Source: Polyangiaceae bacterium (GTDB lineage Bacteria > Myxococcota_A > Polyangia > Polyangiales > Polyangiaceae). Taken from it: a DNA stretch of 26,610 nucleotides. The stretch's first letter is position 1; the number at the start of each line of letters is the position of its first letter. This document shows, piece by piece, positions 21,098 through 26,610 of this stretch. The DNA lies in contig JBGANF010000112.1 in assembly GCA_044222475.1 (NCBI GenBank), forward strand, positions 1 to 26,610, read 5' to 3'. A program made the position numbers and the translations under genes. The notes beneath the pieces are model-generated. The model worked only from the letters and a program-made list of their open reading frames with translations. It did no database searches and was not told the origin of the DNA.

Positions 21098-23262
21098 GAG
21101 CCTTCGTCGTCGTCGCGCTCGCTTCGCTGCTCGCATGCTCCAAGAGCAACAGCGCGCCCGATGCCGCCATCGACGCCGGGGAAGACGCGGGCTCGAAGCT
21201 CGCCGACCTCGAGACCGCCGAAGACGGCCGCACCGTCGCCAGCGTCACCGAGGAGCTCCGAACCGACCCGAGCCCGGTCGTGCGGCGGCGCGCCGCTCGC
21301 GCGCTCGCGCGCATCGGAAACGCCGACGCGATCGCGCCCCTCCTTCGCGCGCTCTCCGACGAAGATCACGAGGTGACGGCGTGGGCCGCATACGGTCTCG
21401 GCTTCACCTGCAAGGGCCACGAAGATGCGCACGTGCGCGCGCTCGTGGCACGCGCAGAGGCCCTCGGCCCTGCGCCCGCGGGCGAGACGCCTCCGGTGAT
21501 CGACGCTCGCGCAGCGATCGTCCGCGCGATCGGAAAGTGCGGCGGCCCGCTCGCCGAGCCGACCCTCGCCGCCTGGGTGAAGACCAAGGGCGCCCGCGCG
21601 GAGACCGCGGCGATCGCGCTCGGTGACGTCGGCGCCCGGCGCGAGACCCTCGACGACGAGACGGTGACCGCGCTCCTCGACGCCGCCGAGGGGGGCACGC
21701 GCGAAGCGCTCTATCCGTTCGCGCGGCTCGATCGCTTCAACGACGCGTTCGTCGATCGCCTGCGCATCGCCGCGACGAAGGCGGTCGGCGCGGGGCCTGG
21801 CGAGAGCCGCGCCTTCGCGATCCGCGCGCTCGCGAAGAGCGGCATCGAGTCCGCCCCCGAGCTCGCGCGCATCGTCACCGACGACAAGGGCTTCGAGCCC
21901 GCCGAGCGCGCCGAAGCCGCGCGCGCTCTCGCCAAGCTCGGGCCCGACGGACAAGCTGCGGCGGCCAACGCGCTCGCACACCTCCTGCCCGACAAGGACC
22001 CGTTCGCGATCCTCGCGCTCACCGGCAGCAGCTACTCGGTCTTCACGTCGCTGCTCGCGTCGCTCGGCAGCGAGGCGACGAAGACGTCCCAACCGGTCCT
22101 CGAGTCGCTCTCGGTCCTGCGCGCGCCGGGCGATGCGCCGAAGACCCTCGCGCGGCGCCTCGCGACGCTGCGCTGCGATGCCGCGGCGATCCTCGCGAAA
22201 GGCGCGTACGACTCCGAGGTCCTCCGCACCTGCGACGACAAGGGCACCTTCGCCTTCGAGCGCGCGCGCCTGCACGCGGTGCTGAAGCGTCCGCTCGTTG
22301 GCGATCGGCGCGCCGCGTGGCTCGCGGCGACGAAGAGTACGCACCTCCGCGTGCGCGAAGAGGCTCTCGAGGCCATCGCGCTCCACGCCGAGCTCGGCAC
22401 CGCCGCGATCGCGCCCCTCGTCGATGCGCTCGGCGATTCCCACGCCGGCGTCGTCGCGACCGCGGCCGACGTGCTCCACGCCCACCCCGAGCGCGTGTTC
22501 GTGCTCTCGGCGAAAGAGCGCCAAAACGCGCTCGATCCGCACGCGCCGCCGCCGACCCCTCACCCGGCCCAAGAGGTCGAGCCGGCGATCGCCAAAGCGC
22601 TCGGCGCCGCGCTCGCGAAGGCGTGGAGCCCGGACCTCGTCGAGACGCGAGTCGCCCTCCTCGACGCGGCCGCGCTGTTGAAGCTCCCGGCGGCGACCGC
22701 GACGGCACATGCATTCTGCAACGATCCGAACGTGACCATCCGCGACCGCGCCGCGAAGGCGCTCAAGGCCCTCGGTGAAACTTCACCCGCGTGCCCCGCG
22801 CCGAAGACGCCCGAGCTCGCGAAGGAGCTGACCTCCCTCCCCGCGAAGGACCCGACGGTCACGTTCCGCTTCGAGACCGGCGAGATCAAGGTGACGCTCG
22901 ACGCCGAGCTCGCCCCGATCGCGGCCGCGCGCTTCGTGAGCCTCGCGAAGGCCGGCTTCTACAAGAGCCTCACCGCGCACCGCGTCGTGCCCGGCTTCGT
23001 GGTCCAGTTCGGCGACCCCGAGGCCGACGGCTACGGCGGCTCCGGCTCGTCGTTGCGCTGCGAGACGTCGCCGGTTCCGTTCCGCGCGCTCGACGTCGGC
23101 ATCGCGATCGCCGGCCGCGACACCGGGTCGAGCCAGCTCTTCATCAGCCTCGGGCGCTTCCCGCACCTCGACGGCGACTACGCGCGCGTCGGCCACGCGA
23201 CCGGCGACGCCGCCGCGATCGCCGAGGGTGACCAGATCACCGACGTCGTCGTCAGCGAGTGA
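21094..23262 (+). CDS. Lipoprotein with HEAT repeats and a C-terminal cyclophilin-type peptidyl-prolyl isomerase
   Basis: GTG start overlaps the YdcF stop; LASLLAC lipobox; HEAT repeats (VVRRRAARALARIG, LRVREEALEAI, TIRDRAAKALKALG); cyclophilin motifs GFY...HRVVPGFVVQFGDP, GRDTGSSQLFI, PHLDGDY. Confidence 0.92.
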   Translation: MRAFVVVALASLLACSKSNSAPDAAIDAGEDAGSKLADLETAEDGRTVASVTEELRTDPSPVVRRRAARALARIGNADAIAPLLRALSDEDHEVTAWAAYGLGFTCKGHEDAHVRALVARAEALGPAPAGETPPVIDARAAIVRAIGKCGGPLAEPTLAAWVKTKGARAETAAIALGDVGARRETLDDETVTALLDAAEGGTREALYPFARLDRFNDAFVDRLRIAATKAVGAGPGESRAFAIRALAKSGIESAPELARIVTDDKGFEPAERAEAARALAKLGPDGQAAAANALAHLLPDKDPFAILALTGSSYSVFTSLLASLGSEATKTSQPVLESLSVLRAPGDAPKTLARRLATLRCDAAAILAKGAYDSEVLRTCDDKGTFAFERARLHAVLKRPLVGDRRAAWLAATKSTHLRVREEALEAIALHAELGTAAIAPLVDALGDSHAGVVATAADVLHAHPERVFVLSAKERQNALDPHAPPPTPHPAQEVEPAIAKALGAALAKAWSPDLVETRVALLDAAALLKLPAATATAHAFCNDPNVTIRDRAAKALKALGETSPACPAPKTPELAKELTSLPAKDPTVTFRFETGEIKVTLDAELAPIAAARFVSLAKAGFYKSLTAHRVVPGFVVQFGDPEADGYGGSGSSLRCETSPVPFRALDVGIAIAGRDTGSSQLFISLGRFPHLDGDYARVGHATGDAAAIAEGDQITDVVVSE

Positions 23263-23264
23263 CG

Positions 23265-24251
23265 TCAGCGGAAGTGGATCACGAGGACGTTCGCGATCGC
23301 GTAGAGCGTCGGTAGTCCGATCGCGAACACGCGATCGAGGCGCTTCGACGCCGCCTCGCGATCGTGCTCGGCGAGCCAGAGCGAGAACGTCGACTGAGCG
23401 AGCGACACGAAGATCACGAAATAGGCCACGACGTGGAGCTTGTCGGCGAGGGTCGCGACGCCGATCTCCGGCAGGTTCGAGGTGACGGTGTACTCGCTCG
23501 CGATCGCGGCGAAGATCGCACCGACGCCGAGACCGAAGCGCGGGTCGACGTTCTGCGGCTTGATCATGAAGGCGAGGAACCCGATGAGCGCCGAGATCCA
23601 CAGCGCGAAGAAGAGCTTCGCGAAGTAGGTGTTGCCCTCGCGCGCGAGCGTCAGTGAGATCGTCGCCCGCGCGTAGCGGGCGGTGTTCCCGGTCGGGATC
23701 GACGTGTCGCCGAAGTTGGAGTGGTACTCGCCGAGCCCGACGCGAGCGCCCTCGAAGTTGATCACGAACCCCGACATCTTCACGTGCGGGTCGATCGCCG
23801 AGTTCTCGGTGTCGGCGATGTAGAGGATGGTGTCCTCTTCGTCCCGGTCTTCTTCGATCGTGATCGTGAGCTCCTGCTTGTCGAGCGGGTACTGGCGCAC
23901 GTCCCAGAACTTCGTGATGCGAACGACGACGCGGTAGCACGCGTAGCTCTCGCCGTCGGGGAGCTTGGAGAGCTCGACCTCGTTCTTCGACTCCACGCGC
24001 CCGTCGATGAAGGAGAAGCTCTCGTAGGGCTTGGCGTCCCCGCGCCACCGGAACCACACGAACACGTCGGCGACGAAGTAGTTCTCCTTGAGGTTCAGCT
24101 CGTGGATCTGATTGAGGTACAGCCCGGTCGTGACCTTGGTCAGCGTCAGCGTCTTCGGCGCGTCCGGGATCGCCGCGGCCTCCTCCGCGCGGGCGGACGG
24201 AGCGACGAGGCAGAGGACGGCGACGAAGAGAAGCGTTAGGAGCGCACGCAC
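23265..24251 (-). CDS. Pentameric ligand-gated ion channel (Pro-loop/Cys-loop superfamily) homologue, 328 aa
   Basis: Signal peptide ending ARA; beta1-2 VTTGLYLNQIHELNLKENYFVADVFVWFRW; Pro-loop WDVRQYPLDKQEL; pre-M1 Arg (LTLAR); four TM helices with M2 DPRFGLGVGAIFAAIASEYTVTSNLP, M3 start TLADK and M4 RLDRVFAIGLP. GTG 24251 start inferred. Confidence 0.9.
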   Translation of the reverse strand: MRALLTLLFVAVLCLVAPSARAEEAAAIPDAPKTLTLTKVTTGLYLNQIHELNLKENYFVADVFVWFRWRGDAKPYESFSFIDGRVESKNEVELSKLPDGESYACYRVVVRITKFWDVRQYPLDKQELTITIEEDRDEEDTILYIADTENSAIDPHVKMSGFVINFEGARVGLGEYHSNFGDTSIPTGNTARYARATISLTLAREGNTYFAKLFFALWISALIGFLAFMIKPQNVDPRFGLGVGAIFAAIASEYTVTSNLPEIGVATLADKLHVVAYFVIFVSLAQSTFSLWLAEHDREAASKRLDRVFAIGLPTLYAIANVLVIHFR

Positions 24252-24329
24252 CCCGAAAGGAAACGCGAAACCAACGAGTGCTGTCAATCCGTTGAATGGG
24301 TCTTCTCGAGCCCGCAACGGATGGCGCTG

Positions 24330-26327
24330 ATGAAGACGACCAGCTTGCTTTTGGGGGTTCTCGCGACGGGGTGGCTTTGCGCGTGCGGGAGCGACAATCC
24401 GGGGACGAACCCCGACGGCGGCACCAACCCCGACGGTGGCACCAACCCCGACGGGTCGATCGTCGTGCCGGACGGGCCGATCACGTTCCAAGAGCGCATC
24501 CTCGGCTTCGACAACCTGCGCGGCTTCGTGGTCGGCGGCGGCAAGCGCGTCGTGAGCCTGTCGGAGGCCCTTTCGTCGACGACTCAGGCGATCACCCTCG
24601 CGATCCTCGACGGGACGAAAGCCCAGATCGCGACCGTCCCGGTGACCGGGAAGCTCCCCTCGGGCCACATCGAGTCGATCGCGTACGACCCCGGCGCCGA
24701 CATGCTCGTCATGATCGTCCGCGCGCAGCGCCCTCATCGCATCGAGGTCGTCACCTTGAAGGTGACCGACACGACCGCGACGTTCGCGACCTTGACGCAA
24801 TCGAAGACGCTCCCGCCCGACGGCTACATGTTCAACGCGCTCTACACCCGCGGCGGCGGTGCGTTCGTCGCGCCGCGCGGGAACGACCTGCAGCCGTTCA
24901 CCATCAGCGGCGACACCCTCACCTGGCAGGCGACGATTCCGGCGACCTCGTTCTGGCAAGGCATGGGCGTCGCGCTCGCGCCCGCCCCGACGGAGGGTGG
25001 GCTCTACGCGTTCGGCAAATCGACGTACGACCCGAACCTGAAGCAGATGGTGCTGACGCCGACGGTGCAGAAGAACGTCCCGGTCGGGCCGAGCTTCACC
25101 GACGTCGCGATGGGCGGCACGCCGCCACCAGTCGACGACAAGAACCCGAGCCCGGCGCCGGGTTGGAGCGCCTACGACGCCACCGGAAAGCGCCTCCTCG
25201 TGAGCGCGCTCCACGACGTCCTGCCCTGCCCTCCGCCGAACCCGTCGTGCAAGGCGCCCGGCCTCTACATCGCTGACCTGAAGACGAGCCAGTGGATCAA
25301 GGGTCCCGACTTCTTTTCCACGTTCGGCTACATGCAGAGCGCGTGGGCGACCGACGACGCGGCGCGCCGCGTCCTCGCGCGGCCCGACAGCGTGCTCGCG
25401 GCGATGGCGATCGACGAGAAGAGCGACTGGCAGCTGAAGCCGTTCGCGCAGGAGGGAGACGTCGGGCCGAGCGGCGCCGGCGCCGTAGCGATCGCGTCGA
25501 GCGGCCGGATCCTCCAGTGGGAAGGAGGCACGCTCCGCACCTTCGAGGCGACGAACCCGAAGGCGCGCTGGGAGCCGTTCGGTACCAAGTTGGTACCGAC
25601 GGAGGTCCAATTCAGCGACGCCCGCACGCTCGCCGTCGACAACGCGACGGGAGAGTGGCTCGCCACGTCCTCGCGCATGAACGACCCGAAGGCGACGTTC
25701 GACACCTACGCCATCGACAAGGACGGGACGAGCTTCACGAAGATCGCGACGACCGGCGCGATCCCGGTGCGCTTCTCTCCGGCGACGTTCGTCGTGGGCG
25801 GCACGCTGTACGTGATCGGCGGCGCGACGAACATCGGCAGCGGCACCGTGCTCGACGACGTCTGGGCGCTCGATCGCAAGACGAACGCGTGGAAGAAGAT
25901 CGGCACGCTGCCCCAGCCGCTCCAGTGGGCGACCGCGCGCCAGGTGTCGCCGACGGAGCTGTGGGTCATCGGTTGGGCGGCGCCGGTCCAAGGAAAGGAC
26001 CCGGTGACCGCCCCCATCGTGTCGATCGATCTCGTCACCGGAAAGACGCACGAGCTCCAAGCCCACGGCGATCCGGGCCCGTCGCGGTTGTGGGCGGTAT
26101 CGCCGCTCGGCACCGGGTTCGTCGGCTTCGAGTCGGGCGACACGGTCGACTCGACGGAGCCGAACCTCTGGACGGTCATCAAGGACGGCGACGGCGTGGT
26201 CTGGAAGAAGACCCCAGTCGACGTCGACGACTACTCGCTCAACGGCCTGCGCGGCGTGGGCCGCGGCGACGGCACCGCGTACTTCGTGGGCAAGCACTTC
26301 TGGCAAGCGACGATCACGGCGAAGTGA
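24330..26327 (+). CDS. Beta-propeller lipoprotein with a Kelch motif
   Basis: MKTTSLLLGVLATGWLCAC lipoprotein signal; NPDGGT linker; Kelch unit TFVVGGTLYVIGG...LDDVWALDRKTNAWKKI; repeated AYD/AVD...W blade motifs. Start is 24330 or 24321. Confidence 0.85.
   Translation: MKTTSLLLGVLATGWLCACGSDNPGTNPDGGTNPDGGTNPDGSIVVPDGPITFQERILGFDNLRGFVVGGGKRVVSLSEALSSTTQAITLAILDGTKAQIATVPVTGKLPSGHIESIAYDPGADMLVMIVRAQRPHRIEVVTLKVTDTTATFATLTQSKTLPPDGYMFNALYTRGGGAFVAPRGNDLQPFTISGDTLTWQATIPATSFWQGMGVALAPAPTEGGLYAFGKSTYDPNLKQMVLTPTVQKNVPVGPSFTDVAMGGTPPPVDDKNPSPAPGWSAYDATGKRLLVSALHDVLPCPPPNPSCKAPGLYIADLKTSQWIKGPDFFSTFGYMQSAWATDDAARRVLARPDSVLAAMAIDEKSDWQLKPFAQEGDVGPSGAGAVAIASSGRILQWEGGTLRTFEATNPKARWEPFGTKLVPTEVQFSDARTLAVDNATGEWLATSSRMNDPKATFDTYAIDKDGTSFTKIATTGAIPVRFSPATFVVGGTLYVIGGATNIGSGTVLDDVWALDRKTNAWKKIGTLPQPLQWATARQVSPTELWVIGWAAPVQGKDPVTAPIVSIDLVTGKTHELQAHGDPGPSRLWAVSPLGTGFVGFESGDTVDSTEPNLWTVIKDGDGVVWKKTPVDVDDYSLNGLRGVGRGDGTAYFVGKHFWQATITAK
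24405..24458 (+). repeat. Three 18-bp units encoding TNPDG(G/S)
   Basis: acgaaccccgacggcggc / accaaccccgacggtggc / accaaccccgacgggtcg. Confidence 0.9.
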
Positions 26328-26330
26328 CGG

Positions 26331-26609
26331 TCAGTTGCAGAGGTCGGTGCAGCCGGTCTTGAAGCGCAGGCACGACAAGCCGAGCGGCGTCGTCTTGAGC
26401 GGCCCCCACGCCTTGACGGCGTCGTTCCACCAGTAGGCGTCGCTCAGGAGACCGCAGTCACCCTTGCCCATCGCGACGACCATGCCGCGACCGTCGGGCC
26501 GAGGCGCGAACGCGAACGACTGCCGGCGCTCGGGAGCGTTCTTGTCGATCGTCGTGAAATCCGGCTCGAACACGCACTGTGCGGTCGATGCCTTGTTCAG
26601 GGTGTCGCC
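26331..26609 (-). CDS. C-terminal fragment of a probable Kelch-like exported protein; 5' end outside the window
   Basis: Frame is open to the window edge: GDTLNKASTAQCVFEP...PERRQSFAF...MVVAMGKGDCGLLSDAYWWNDAVKAW...SCLRFKTGCTDLCN*. Confidence 0.7.
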   Translation of the reverse strand, partial: GDTLNKASTAQCVFEPDFTTIDKNAPERRQSFAFAPRPDGRGMVVAMGKGDCGLLSDAYWWNDAVKAWGPLKTTPLGLSCLRFKTGCTDLCN

Positions 26610-26610
26610 A

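Noticed and set aside
1047..22710. Many 300-600 aa overlapping or antisense ORFs (for example 7317-9026, 11889-13547, 14000-15559, 20884-22710)
   Set aside because: Shadow frames of strongly GC3-biased genes; R/A/G/P-rich with no recognisable motifs.
24252..26306. 1013-aa ORF suggesting a giant N-terminal fusion to the ion channel
   Set aside because: The extension is the Arg-rich antisense shadow of the propeller lipoprotein, and a clean signal peptide begins at GTG 24251.

Overview
GC-rich (roughly 70% by eye), densely coded bacterial window with 24 protein genes, two of them cut by the window edges. The many Cys-rich lipoproteins and the gene families suggest a myxobacterium (Polyangiaceae/Labilithrix-like); this is an inference. 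In order it holds two lipoproteins, an Rne/Rng ribonuclease with a large charge-segregated insert in its S1 domain, an ABC-2 exporter pair, a TIGR03960/TIGR03936-type radical SAM fusion flanked by two related small Cys-rich lipoproteins, an EEP-TauE-SDR-porin-PhnD-like run, an S41 protease, a divergent RpoH-like sigma factor with candidate sigma-54 promoters, two metallo-beta-lactamase-fold hydrolases, an orphan ParB/Srx protein, a YdcF protein coupled to a HEAT-cyclophilin lipoprotein, a pentameric ligand-gated ion channel (pLGIC) homologue and two Kelch-like proteins. The most notable item is the pLGIC (23265-24251), which the ORF track hides inside a 1013-aa shadow ORF. I saw no rRNA, tRNA, CRISPR array or mobile element. 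All family calls are motif recognition by eye, not database hits.
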